A stretch of DNA of 64,000 nucleotides from an uncultured Gemmatimonadales bacterium (lineage in GTDB: Bacteria > Gemmatimonadota > Gemmatimonadetes > Longimicrobiales > RSA9). How positions within the stretch are numbered: position 1 is the stretch's first letter; each line of letters starts with the position of its first letter. Where the stretch lies: assembly GCA_963708135.1 (NCBI GenBank), contig OY970192.1, positions 1,504,001-1,568,000 on the forward strand. The letters are read 5' to 3'. The translations under genes were made by a program, and so were the position numbers. Shown here piece after piece: positions 46,718-55,811 of this stretch. Under the pieces are notes generated by a model. It made no database searches and had not been told where the DNA came from. It worked only from the letters and a program-made list of their open reading frames with translations.

Positions 46718-48042
46718 CGCCGCTCCTCCTTGCGCCCCCGGATGCGCAGCCGGACGGGCGAGCCCGCGAAGCCCCAGCGCTCGCGGAACCCGTTCAGCAG
46801 GTAGCGGAGGTAGTTCTCCGGCAGGCCCTTCGGGAAATTCGTGAAGATCACGAACGTTGGCGGGGCCGTGTCCGCCTGCGTCGCATAGAGCAGCTTGACC
46901 GGCATGCCTCGATAATGCGGCGGGGGCTGGCGGCCCGCCAGTTCCCCGACCACCTCGTTCACCGTGTGCGTGGGGATCCGCCGCGCGCGCTCCTCGGCCA
47001 CCAGGAGCGCCAGGTCGAGTACCTTCTGCACGCGCTGGCCGGTCAGCGCCGACGCGAAGAGCATCGGCACCCAGCGCAGCTGCGGCGCCCGCGCCTTGAG
47101 CTTCTTCTCGTATTCCGCCGCTGTGTTGGTCTCCTTCTCGACCAGGTCCCACTTGTTGGCGACGATCACCAGCGAGCGTCCCGCGCGCCACGCCAGCTCC
47201 GCCACCTTGAGGTCCTGCACGTGCACCGGCTCCGTCGCGTCGATCAGCAGGATGCACAGGTCCGCTCTCTCGATGGCGCGCTCCGAGCGCAGCGATGCGT
47301 AGTACTCGAGCCCCGGCCCGATCCGCGCGTGCCGCCTCAGCCCGGCCGTGTCGATCAGCACGAGCGCGCGCCCCTTGTAGCGCATCGGCGTGTCTATGCT
47401 GTCGCGGGTGGTGCCCGCCGCCTCGCTCACCACCAGCCGCTCCTCGCCCAGCAGCTTGTTGATGAAGCTCGACTTGCCGACGTTGGGCTTGCCGATCACC
47501 GCCACGTGCAGCACTGCCTCCTGCTCGTCCTCGACCGACTCCGGCAGCAGCGCCACGAGCCGGTCCAGCAGGTCGCCCGTCCCCTTCCCCGACATCGAGC
47601 TCACCGGCACGGGCTCCCCCAGCCCCAGCTCCCAGAACTCGTGGTGCGAGATCACGTCCGGCAGCCGGTCCGCCTTGTTCACCGCCAGCAGCACCGGCCG
47701 GTCCGCCCGGCGCAGCAGCTCAGCGATGCGCTGGTCCACTGGCGTGGGGCCCGTGTGCGCGTCCACCACGAAGACGATCACCTCCGCCTCCGCGATCGCT
47801 GCCAGCACCTGCTGCCGGATCGCGGCCGTCATCGGCTCCTCCTCCGCCGCCTCCAGCCCACCCGTGTCGATCACCCAGAAATGGTGGCCCGCCCAGTCGG
47901 CACGCGCGAAGTTGCGGTCCCGCGTGACCCCGGGCGTGTCCTCCACGATGGCGACACGCCGCCCGATCAGCCGGTTGAAAAAGGTGGACTTGCCCACGTT
48001 GGGCCGCCCCACCACGGCCACAGCGGGGAGTGCGCGCTTCAC
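46714..48042 (-). CDS. der: Ribosome biogenesis GTPase Der (EngA)
   Basis: Two G domains (GRPNVGKS/DTGG/NKAD and GKPNVGKS/DTAG/NKWD) plus a KH-like C-terminus. Confidence 0.96.
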   Translation of the reverse strand: MKRALPAVAVVGRPNVGKSTFFNRLIGRRVAIVEDTPGVTRDRNFARADWAGHHFWVIDTGGLEAAEEEPMTAAIRQQVLAAIAEAEVIVFVVDAHTGPTPVDQRIAELLRRADRPVLLAVNKADRLPDVISHHEFWELGLGEPVPVSSMSGKGTGDLLDRLVALLPESVEDEQEAVLHVAVIGKPNVGKSSFINKLLGEERLVVSEAAGTTRDSIDTPMRYKGRALVLIDTAGLRRHARIGPGLEYYASLRSERAIERADLCILLIDATEPVHVQDLKVAELAWRAGRSLVIVANKWDLVEKETNTAAEYEKKLKARAPQLRWVPMLFASALTGQRVQKVLDLALLVAEERARRIPTHTVNEVVGELAGRQPPPHYRGMPVKLLYATQADTAPPTFVIFTNFPKGLPENYLRYLLNGFRERWGFAGSPVRLRIRGRKEERR

Positions 48043-49313
48043 AGTGAGGCGAGGAGCGAGGACAGCTCGGTTCCCGGCAGGAGCGGGGAGGGGGCGAGGC
48101 GGGCGGCAAGGTCGTCGAGAGGCAGGTCGTCCACGAACACGCCGTCGTCGTTCAGCGAGTCGGCCGGCAGCAGCACCGCGTCGAACGGTCCGACGGCCGC
48201 CAGCGCCGCGGCGATGTCGCGTCCCGGCAGGAGGCCCGCGGTCGTGACGGTCGGCCCGAACATCGCGTTCTCGACCCTCACGCACTCGATCGCCGCGCCG
48301 GTGGCGGCCGCGGCCCGCGCCGCGAGCGCGGCGAGCAGAGGCGCCATGCGCGCTCCCGTCACCACCGCGATGCGCCGCCCGTCCAGGCGGGGCAGCGCGG
48401 CGAGGGAGGCCTCGAAGTCGTCCAGCAGCCGGCGCACGGCGCCCACGCCGTTCTCCGTCAGCGGCCAGTCATCGTAGTAGTCGGCCGCCGGCAGCGCCTC
48501 GCCAGCGATGAAGTAGAGCTCGTCGCCCGCGTACGCCCAGCCCGTCCCGCGTACCGCCAGCGCGCGCGCCCGCGCCCGCTCGAGCTGCCCGAGCGCCGCC
48601 GCCGCCTCCTCCGCCCTCAGCAGCCTCACCGGCCGGCCGAGGTTGTAGCGCGTGAGGCCGACGGGGACCACGGACACCGAAAGAATGCCGGGGCCGAGCG
48701 CCCACAGGTCGTCCAGCGTGCGCTCGAGGTGGGCGCCATCGTTCCACTCCGGGCAGAGCACGACCTGAGTGTGGACCTCGAGGCCGCCGTCCACGAGCTG
48801 GCGCAGCCGCGCCACGATGTCCCCGCCGTACGGCACGCCGAGCAGGCGCTCGCGCACCTCCGACTCGGTGGCGTGGACGCTCACGTAGAGCGGCGAGAGC
48901 CGCTGCTCCAGCAGCCGCTCGAACGCCTTCGGACCGAGGTTGGTCAGGGTCACGTAGCTGCCGTAGGTGAACGACAGCCGGAAGTCGTCGTCCTTCAGGT
49001 GCAGCGTCCGGCGCGCGCCGGGCGGATTCCCATCCACGAAGCAGAAGACGCACTTGTTCGCGCACTGCCGCACGACGTCCGGCGCCGGGACCACGCCCAG
49101 CGCCTCGGCCGGATCCTTCTCGATCTCGTAGACGACGACCTGGCCGCCGCAGCCGGAGACCACCTCCAGCTCCAGCGCCCCGTCCGCCTCCAGGAAGCGG
49201 AAGTCGATGATGTCGCGCACGGGCTCGCCATTGATCCGCACCACGCGGCTGCCGATCTCGAGTGCGAGCTCGTCGGCTATGCTGCCGGGCTGGACTTCGG
49301 CGATCCGGACCAT
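48039..49313 (-). CDS. DUF512 / PDZ radical-SAM-like Fe-S protein
   Basis: PDZ-like N-terminus, CANKCVFC, KDDDFRLSF, YVSVH and ENGVG motifs. Confidence 0.88.
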   Translation of the reverse strand: MVRIAEVQPGSIADELALEIGSRVVRINGEPVRDIIDFRFLEADGALELEVVSGCGGQVVVYEIEKDPAEALGVVPAPDVVRQCANKCVFCFVDGNPPGARRTLHLKDDDFRLSFTYGSYVTLTNLGPKAFERLLEQRLSPLYVSVHATESEVRERLLGVPYGGDIVARLRQLVDGGLEVHTQVVLCPEWNDGAHLERTLDDLWALGPGILSVSVVPVGLTRYNLGRPVRLLRAEEAAAALGQLERARARALAVRGTGWAYAGDELYFIAGEALPAADYYDDWPLTENGVGAVRRLLDDFEASLAALPRLDGRRIAVVTGARMAPLLAALAARAAAATGAAIECVRVENAMFGPTVTTAGLLPGRDIAAALAAVGPFDAVLLPADSLNDDGVFVDDLPLDDLAARLAPSPLLPGTELSSLLASL

Positions 49314-49431
49314 GCTCCCCCAAGCGGTTCGGGGCGGCCTCTGGCGGCCGCCCCGAGATACGTGCTGAACGCAGGAAAGATAACGAGATGGCGCCGCCGC
49401 TTCAAGCGATGGTGGAGGCGCCGCGACCGGC

Positions 49432-49956
49432 TCAGCCGAGCGCGGCGCCGCACGCCGCGCACGTGCTCGTGCCCAGCTCGAACGGCTCGCCGCACTCCGA
49501 GCAGGCGAAGGAAACCTCGCCCTCCGCGTCCCGGTGCGCCGCCAGCGCCTCGCAGGCCGCCTCGTAATCGTAGGCGGGGACCAGGACCCGCACCTGCGCC
49601 AGGTCGCCCAGATCCACCGTGAAGGAGAAGTGGTCCTTCTGCGAGAGAATGCGCGCGTCGATGCCCTCGGACTCCAGGTTCTCGCGGATGAGATCCGCCT
49701 GGATGTCGTCGCCGGTCGAGTAGAGCTGCGCCCAGCCGTCCAGGACCTCGACCCCCTGGTGGCGCTCACAGAGGTGGTGGCGGCGCTTCGGGTGGTCGCA
49801 TTCGGCGCAGAGCGCGACCCCGCACACCACGCACACCGCCCGCGCCTCCCGGTCCGGGTGGCGCTCGCAGATCGTGCTCTCCATGAGCTGCCCGCAGGCG
49901 GCGCACCCCTCCGCGTCCGCGTCGAGTTCGGCACCGCAGTTCGGACACGTCGTCAT
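49432..49956 (-). CDS. Multi-zinc-finger protein with DUF2007-like central domain
   Basis: CPNC..CAAC, B-box-like CxxH..CxxC..CxxC..CxxH, LESEGI and C-terminal CSEC..CAAC. Confidence 0.7.
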   Translation of the reverse strand: MTTCPNCGAELDADAEGCAACGQLMESTICERHPDREARAVCVVCGVALCAECDHPKRRHHLCERHQGVEVLDGWAQLYSTGDDIQADLIRENLESEGIDARILSQKDHFSFTVDLGDLAQVRVLVPAYDYEAACEALAAHRDAEGEVSFACSECGEPFELGTSTCAACGAALG

Positions 49957-50126
49957 TCGCACCTCGAGCTGGTTCGGAGTGTCGGGCCCGCCCATGCCGG
50001 CGACGCTGTCGATCCGGGTGGGCGGCGGCGTACGGGCGGCCGCCGGAACGGCGCTCGTCGTGGCGGTCCGAATGGTAGCCGCCAGCGGTGCGACTGGCAA
50101 AATGCGTGCGCCGCGCGCCGCGCCGC

Positions 50127-50141
50127 GGGCAAGGAGGTTGC
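50127..50141 (+). promoter_or_regulatory. Putative sigma54 promoter for yihY
   Basis: GGGCAA-GGAGG-TTGC, about 56 nt upstream of ATG 50198. Confidence 0.45.
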
Positions 50142-50197
50142 GTGGCTGTCGCGGCGATCGGCGAGACCGCAGGGAAGGCGCGCTCGGGGAGAGACGC

Positions 50198-51061
50198 ATG
50201 TGGGGATGGCTGGAGGTCGGCAAGGAGACCGTGCAGGAGGCGGTAAGCGACAACATCACCGGCGAGTCGGCCAAGGTAGCCTATTACGCCTTCCTCTCGC
50301 TCTTCCCGCTGATCCTCGTCATCTTCGCGCTCACCGGGCTGTTCGGGGGACACGCCGCGTTCGGCACGATCATGGGCTGGCTGCGCCGCGCGCTCCCCGG
50401 CTCGGCGAGCTCCGCGCTGTCGGGCGTGGTGGCGCAGGTGACCAACGAGAGCCGGCCCGGCATCCTGTCGTTGGGCGTGCTGCTCACGCTCTGGTCGGCG
50501 TCCGGGATCCTGGCCGCGCTGGCGGACGGCCTGAACACCATGTACGACGTCCGTGAGTCGCGGAGCTGGTGGGAGAAGCGCGGCATCACCCTCCTCCTGC
50601 TGGTGGTCGAAGCCGCGCTCGCGGTCGCCGCCGCCGCGCTCATGCTCGCCGGCCCACAGATCGGGCGCGCCATCGGCATCGGCGTCGTCTGGGACATCGT
50701 CGTCTGGCCCGTCGCGTTCGTCCTCCTCGTCGCCTTCATCTGGCTCGTCTACTTCTTCCTGCCCGACCGGGGGCAGAGCCAAGCGAAAGGGCTCGTCCTC
50801 GTCGGCTCCGTCGTCGGCGCCATCCTCTGGGTGGCCGCCACGGTGGGGTTCCACCTCTACGTGACGAACTTCGGCCGCTACGCGCGCACCTACGGCTTCG
50901 TGGGCGGCATCATCGTGCTGCTGCTCTGGCTCTACCTCTCCTCTCTCGCCATCCTCGTCGGCGGCGAGCTGACCGCCGTGCTCGAGCAGCGGCGCGGTGG
51001 GACGGTGGGCGGCGCTCGCGCCTCCCGACCGTCCCGCCCTGCGCGCGTCAGCCGGTCGTGA
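50198..51061 (+). CDS. YihY/BrkB family membrane protein
   Basis: AYYAFLSLFP, LWSAS, YV.NF..Y..TYG and LLLWLYL...GGE motifs. The start is uncertain. Confidence 0.88.
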   Translation: MWGWLEVGKETVQEAVSDNITGESAKVAYYAFLSLFPLILVIFALTGLFGGHAAFGTIMGWLRRALPGSASSALSGVVAQVTNESRPGILSLGVLLTLWSASGILAALADGLNTMYDVRESRSWWEKRGITLLLLVVEAALAVAAAALMLAGPQIGRAIGIGVVWDIVVWPVAFVLLVAFIWLVYFFLPDRGQSQAKGLVLVGSVVGAILWVAATVGFHLYVTNFGRYARTYGFVGGIIVLLLWLYLSSLAILVGGELTAVLEQRRGGTVGGARASRPSRPARVSRS

Positions 51062-52517
51062 GCTCGTACTTCCAGCCGACCACATCCTCCTTGGTCGTGC
51101 TGCTCGCCTCGAAGCTCGCCTTCGAGTCCGGTGCGGGCGCATCGACGCTCACCGTCTGCGTGTCCACGGGAGTGCCGTCCTTGCCGAGCAAGCTCACCTT
51201 GAGGGTGATCGGCGTCCCCGCCGCGAGCTTCAGGTTGCTCACGTCACCCGTCAGCGTGTAGCCGGCCTCCGTCTTCACCAGCTTGATGTTGCTGACGTCC
51301 AGCTTGGCCGAATCCTGCTTCTGCAGGAGCGCCAGCGTTCGATTCTTCCACTCGTCCTGCGCCTTCGGCGTGGCCGCAATGTCGCCCATCCCGCGCGACG
51401 CCAGCGCGGCGAGCTGGATCGCCGTCACGTTGCTCGGGTCCTGCGCCCGCACCTTCTCCGTCGCGTCGAGCATCCCCTGGTAGAGCTGCTTCAACTTCGC
51501 GTCGTTCTGCGTCTTCTGGCCCGCGGGCGCCTTGGAGCGCGCCTCCTCCAGGTCGCGCGCCTCCGCGTACAGCGTCTCCGCCAGGTTGAAGTAGGCATCC
51601 CGGTTGTACGGGTTGGCCGCGGCCGCCTTGCGGAACGCGTCTGCAGCCTTGTCGTACTGCTTGGCCTGGAACAGCCCGAGCCCCATCGAGAAGTAGTCGG
51701 TGTCGGAGAGGCCGGGCTGCGTCAGCAGCTCCGCGTAGAGCTGGTTCGCCTCGTCCATCTTGCCGCTCAGGGCGAGCGCCGTGGCCAGATTCATCCTGAC
51801 GCTGGCATCCTCCGGGTGCGCCTTCGCCTCCGCCTGGAAGAGCGCGACCGCCTCATCGTACTTCTTCGCCGCCAACAGAAGCCGCGCCAGCGACGAGTTG
51901 ACCGTTGCCGCCTGCTCCTTCCACTTCGCCGCCTGCTCCGGCGTCAGATTCTTGGCCGCCGGGCCGTTCAGGATGTCGAGCGCGCCCTTGTAGGTCGCAA
52001 TCGCCTTCTCCACGTCACCCTGGGTCTGATACAACGAGCCCAGCGTGATGCGCGCCTGCGGCCGCCCCTGGAACAGCCGGTCCGCGAGCTCGAGGCTCTG
52101 CACCGCCTGGTCCATCTTCTTCTGCTGGATCAGCTGAATGGACCGGTTGTAGAGGTCCACCCACGCCTGCTCGCGGATCGGCGTGTCCTCCTTCACGTAG
52201 TCCGGCCAGAGCGACTCGGCCTTGTCCAGCATCGAGTCCGCCCGTGCAAAGTCGCCCATCTCCAGGTATGCCTGCCCCGCCTGCTGATAGGGCAGCGGGT
52301 TCTCGTCGTCCCGCTCGATCGCCTTGTCCGTGGCCTCGAGGGCCCGCTTGTAGAAGCTCTCCTTCTCGTCCGCCGCCGCCACCTTGCGGGCGGAGGCCAG
52401 GTACACCTCCGCGCTGCGCGTGAGCGAGTTGCTCGACGGCTTGTGCGTGCTCTGCGCCCGCACCCCAATGGGCAGGACCAGCATCAGGACCGGAGCCAGC
52501 CAGCCTGAACGCTTCAT
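51048..52517 (-). CDS. Exported TPR-repeat protein with C-terminal beta-sandwich
   Basis: Signal peptide ending VRAQ, multiple TPRs, and AGGAGG RBS. Confidence 0.8.
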   Translation of the reverse strand: MKRSGWLAPVLMLVLPIGVRAQSTHKPSSNSLTRSAEVYLASARKVAAADEKESFYKRALEATDKAIERDDENPLPYQQAGQAYLEMGDFARADSMLDKAESLWPDYVKEDTPIREQAWVDLYNRSIQLIQQKKMDQAVQSLELADRLFQGRPQARITLGSLYQTQGDVEKAIATYKGALDILNGPAAKNLTPEQAAKWKEQAATVNSSLARLLLAAKKYDEAVALFQAEAKAHPEDASVRMNLATALALSGKMDEANQLYAELLTQPGLSDTDYFSMGLGLFQAKQYDKAADAFRKAAAANPYNRDAYFNLAETLYAEARDLEEARSKAPAGQKTQNDAKLKQLYQGMLDATEKVRAQDPSNVTAIQLAALASRGMGDIAATPKAQDEWKNRTLALLQKQDSAKLDVSNIKLVKTEAGYTLTGDVSNLKLAAGTPITLKVSLLGKDGTPVDTQTVSVDAPAPDSKASFEASSTTKEDVVGWKYELTTG

Positions 52518-52562
52518 CCGCTCGCCTCCTGCTTGGATATCAAGTGTCTATACCGCTTCTGT

Positions 52563-53753
52563 TTACACGCCTTCAGCACCTTTTGTTGCACGCGCCTCGC
52601 TCTCCAGCAAGTGCCGTGCTTCGTGCGCCGTGAGCCCCAGCGCGCGCGCCGCCCGGACCACGTCCTCGTACTCCGGCTTCGCCCGCTCCCCTCCGCCCGG
52701 CAGCGTCACCCGCTTCCAGCGGATCCGCTGCCCCCGCCACTCCGTTTCCTCCTCGCGCCGCGCCAGTGCCGGCCGGCGGACGGGCCAGTGGCGCGCACCG
52801 ATCGTCGGGGTCGAGCGGAACAGCGCGGAGAGCACCGCCTCCAGCCGCGCCTCCGGCACCAGCGCCTCCAGCCGCACGCCCGGGCGCCCCTTCTTCATGG
52901 ACACGCCGTAGGCGACGACGTCCACCGCACCCGCCTCGAGCAGCGCCTCCTGCGCGGGCGGGAGGTACTCCGGCGCGAGGTCGTCCAGGTCCGTCTGCAC
53001 GACGTGCAGCCGCCCGGCCGCATCCGCCTGCTCCGGCGCCTCGCACAGCACCAGCCGAAGGCAGTTCGGCCGGTCCTCCGGATCCCGCGTGCCGGCACCG
53101 AATCCACTCCGCCGCACCACCACCTCCGCCGGCGGACGGCGGCCCTCCGTCAGCGTGGCCAGGATCGCCGCGCCCGTGGGTGTCGTGCATTCGCCGCCGA
53201 GCCCGGAGTCCGTGACCGGCAGCCCGTCGAGCAGCTTCAGCGTGGCCGGCGCGGGCACCGGGAAGCGGCCGTGCTCGATCTCGACCCACCCGCTCCCCAC
53301 CGCCACCGGGCGCGTGTAGCAGCGCTCGATCCCCAGCTCCACGACCCCCGCCATGGCGCACAGCACATCCAGGATGGCGTCCAGCGCGCCGACCTCGTGG
53401 AAGTGCACCTTCTCCACGCTCGTGCCGTGCACCTCCGCCTCGGCCGCCGCAAGCCGGCGGAACGCCTCCGCCGCGAGCCGCTTCGCCTCCGCCGGCGCCG
53501 CCGAGCCGTCGATGATCTCCAGCACGTGTCGGAGATGCCGGTGAGCATGCTCCACCGGCAGCTCGAAGTGGACGCGGGCGCACGCGATTCCCCGCCGCGT
53601 CGCACGCTCGACCCGGGCACGCGCCTCGCCCAGGCCCAGCGATGCGACGAACGCCTCGAGCCAGGACGGCTCGAGGCCCAGGTCCACCAGGGCACCCACC
53701 ACCATGTCGCCGCTGATCCCGGCGAAAGGGTCGAAGATGAGGGCTCGCACCAC
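52563..53753 (-). CDS. larC: Nickel pincer cofactor biosynthesis protein LarC
   Basis: GISGDM, HFHEVGALD, TPTGAAI, MKKGRPG and KPEYED motifs. Confidence 0.92.
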   Translation of the reverse strand: MVRALIFDPFAGISGDMVVGALVDLGLEPSWLEAFVASLGLGEARARVERATRRGIACARVHFELPVEHAHRHLRHVLEIIDGSAAPAEAKRLAAEAFRRLAAAEAEVHGTSVEKVHFHEVGALDAILDVLCAMAGVVELGIERCYTRPVAVGSGWVEIEHGRFPVPAPATLKLLDGLPVTDSGLGGECTTPTGAAILATLTEGRRPPAEVVVRRSGFGAGTRDPEDRPNCLRLVLCEAPEQADAAGRLHVVQTDLDDLAPEYLPPAQEALLEAGAVDVVAYGVSMKKGRPGVRLEALVPEARLEAVLSALFRSTPTIGARHWPVRRPALARREEETEWRGQRIRWKRVTLPGGGERAKPEYEDVVRAARALGLTAHEARHLLESEARATKGAEGV

Positions 53754-53787
53754 GTGTCTCGCTCCGGGGATCGTGAACGGCGGCGGG

Positions 53788-53817
53788 AAGATAGGCCCGG
53801 TGCGGGGGGGGCGTCAA
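53788..53817 (-). promoter_or_regulatory. Putative sigma70 promoter of larC
   Basis: Minus strand TTGACG-N18-TATCTT. Confidence 0.45.
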
Positions 53818-53850
53818 CGCGCCGGTCGAGCGGGCGGGCGGGTCGCGGCG

Positions 53851-55683
53851 TCAGCCGCCCAGGTGCTGCAGGATCTGGCGCGCGAGCGTGTCCGAGAAGC
53901 CCGGCACCGCCGCGATCTCCTCCGGCGAGGAGGCGCGCAGCGCGCGCACGCTGCCGAACCTCGAGAGCAAGGCGCGCTGCCGGGTGGGGCCGATGCCGGG
54001 GATGGCGGCCAGCTCGCTCGACAGCGTGCGCCGCTTGCGCAGCTTGCGGTTGTAGGTGATCGCGAACCGGTGCGCCTCGTTCCGGATGCGCTGGAGCAGC
54101 CGGAGCGCCCTGCTCGTCCTGGGTAGCCGCACGGAGTCGCGGAGCCCCGCCAGGAACACCTCCTCCTCCCGCTTGGCCAGCCCGCACAGGGCGACGTCGG
54201 AGGCGCCGGCGTCCCGCGCGGCCCGCATCGCCGCCGAGAGCTGCCCCTTGCCGCCGTCGATGATCGCCAGCTCCGGGAGCGGCAGCCCCTCCTCCACGCG
54301 CCGGCGGAAGTAGCGCCCGACCACCTCCGCCATGGAGCGGAAGTCGTCGTTGCCCCACTCGCCGCGGATCCGGAAGCGCCGGTACTCCGCCTTGCACGGT
54401 TCGCCGTTGCTGAAGACCACGGCGCTGCCGACCACCTCCGCGCCCTGCGTGTGCGAGATGTCGAAGCACACCACCAGCCGCGGAACGACCTTCAGCGAGA
54501 GCGCCTCCTGGAGCTCGTAGAGGGCGTCGTCCGCGCGCTCCGCGGCCGCGTCCGTGAGCACCGCCCGCTCCTCCAGCAGGTGGCGCGCGTTCTGGCTCGC
54601 GAGCTCGACCAGCCGCAGCTTGTCGCCCTTCCGGGGCACCAGCGTCCGCACCCGCCGCCCCGCCCGCTCCGTCAGGATCGCGCCCAGCGCCGACTGCTCC
54701 TCGAACGCCGACGGCGCCAGCACCTCCCGCGGCAGGTCCTCCGTGCCGTACTCCCCCCGCCCCAGATAGAAGCGGGTGGCCGCCGCCGCGAGCAGAGCGG
54801 CATCCTCCTCCTCCGCCACGTGCTCGAAGAAGGCCACCTCCCTCCCGAGCAGCTTCCCTTCGCGAATCCGCAACAGCGCCGCGCAGGCCAGGTCGCCGTC
54901 CCGCGCGACGCCGAGCACGTCCTGCTCCCCGCCCCTCACATCCAGAGCCCGCTGCCGCCGCTCGATCGATCCCAGCCCCGTCAGCACGTCGCGCAGGTTC
55001 GCGGCACGCTCGAAGTCCAGCGTGGCGACCGATTCCGCCATGGCCGCCTCCACGCGCGAGCGGACCGGACCGATCCGGCCGGCCAGCACGCTCAGCACCT
55101 CGTCGATCATCGCCCGGTACGACGCCGCATCCTGGAGTCCCACGCACGGCGCCTGGCAGCGCCCGATGTGGTAGTCCAGGCAGGGTCGCTCCGGCCGCTC
55201 CTTCGGCAGGTCGTAGCGGCAGCTGCGCACCGTGTATAGCCGTTTCACCACCTCCAGCGCCGACCGCATCGCGCCCACTTCGGTGTACGGACCGAAGTAG
55301 CGCGCGCCGTCATTCTCCAGGTTCCGCGTCACGTAGACCCGCGGAAACGGCTCCTGCAGCGTCACCTTGATGTAGGGGTAGCGCTTGTCGTCGCGCAGCA
55401 GGATGTTGAAGCGGGGATGGTGCGCCTTGATCAGGTTGGCCTCGAGCAGCAGCGCCTCCGCCTCCGACCCCACCACCATCGTCTCCACGTCCGCCACCCG
55501 CCGGATCATCTCGCGGTTCTTCAGCGACTGCGCCGGATCCTGCGAGAAATGGCTGCGCACCCGTGCCCGCAGCGAGTTGGCCTTGCCGATGTAGAGGATC
55601 GTGCCGCGCGCGTCCCGGAACAGGTACACGCCCGGCCGCGTCGGCAGGTGCTGCAGCTTCTTTTCCAGCGTCTCTGCGGTCAC
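53851..55683 (-). CDS. uvrC: Excinuclease ABC subunit C
   Basis: PGVY..YIGKA (GIY-YIG), FDISH, DGGKGQ, RNEAHRFAI and HhH motifs. Confidence 0.96.
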   Translation of the reverse strand: MTAETLEKKLQHLPTRPGVYLFRDARGTILYIGKANSLRARVRSHFSQDPAQSLKNREMIRRVADVETMVVGSEAEALLLEANLIKAHHPRFNILLRDDKRYPYIKVTLQEPFPRVYVTRNLENDGARYFGPYTEVGAMRSALEVVKRLYTVRSCRYDLPKERPERPCLDYHIGRCQAPCVGLQDAASYRAMIDEVLSVLAGRIGPVRSRVEAAMAESVATLDFERAANLRDVLTGLGSIERRQRALDVRGGEQDVLGVARDGDLACAALLRIREGKLLGREVAFFEHVAEEEDAALLAAAATRFYLGRGEYGTEDLPREVLAPSAFEEQSALGAILTERAGRRVRTLVPRKGDKLRLVELASQNARHLLEERAVLTDAAAERADDALYELQEALSLKVVPRLVVCFDISHTQGAEVVGSAVVFSNGEPCKAEYRRFRIRGEWGNDDFRSMAEVVGRYFRRRVEEGLPLPELAIIDGGKGQLSAAMRAARDAGASDVALCGLAKREEEVFLAGLRDSVRLPRTSRALRLLQRIRNEAHRFAITYNRKLRKRRTLSSELAAIPGIGPTRQRALLSRFGSVRALRASSPEEIAAVPGFSDTLARQILQHLGG

Positions 55684-55811
55684 GGTCTCGCGGCCAGGGT
55701 CACGGCCGGCGCGGCCCTCCACGGCGCGCCAACGCCAAACTGTTGTACCCCCTCCGCGGGGGGCGTTCCTGCTGCGAACGGCGGACGCGGGGGGCGCCGC
55801 GGGCCCTTCGT

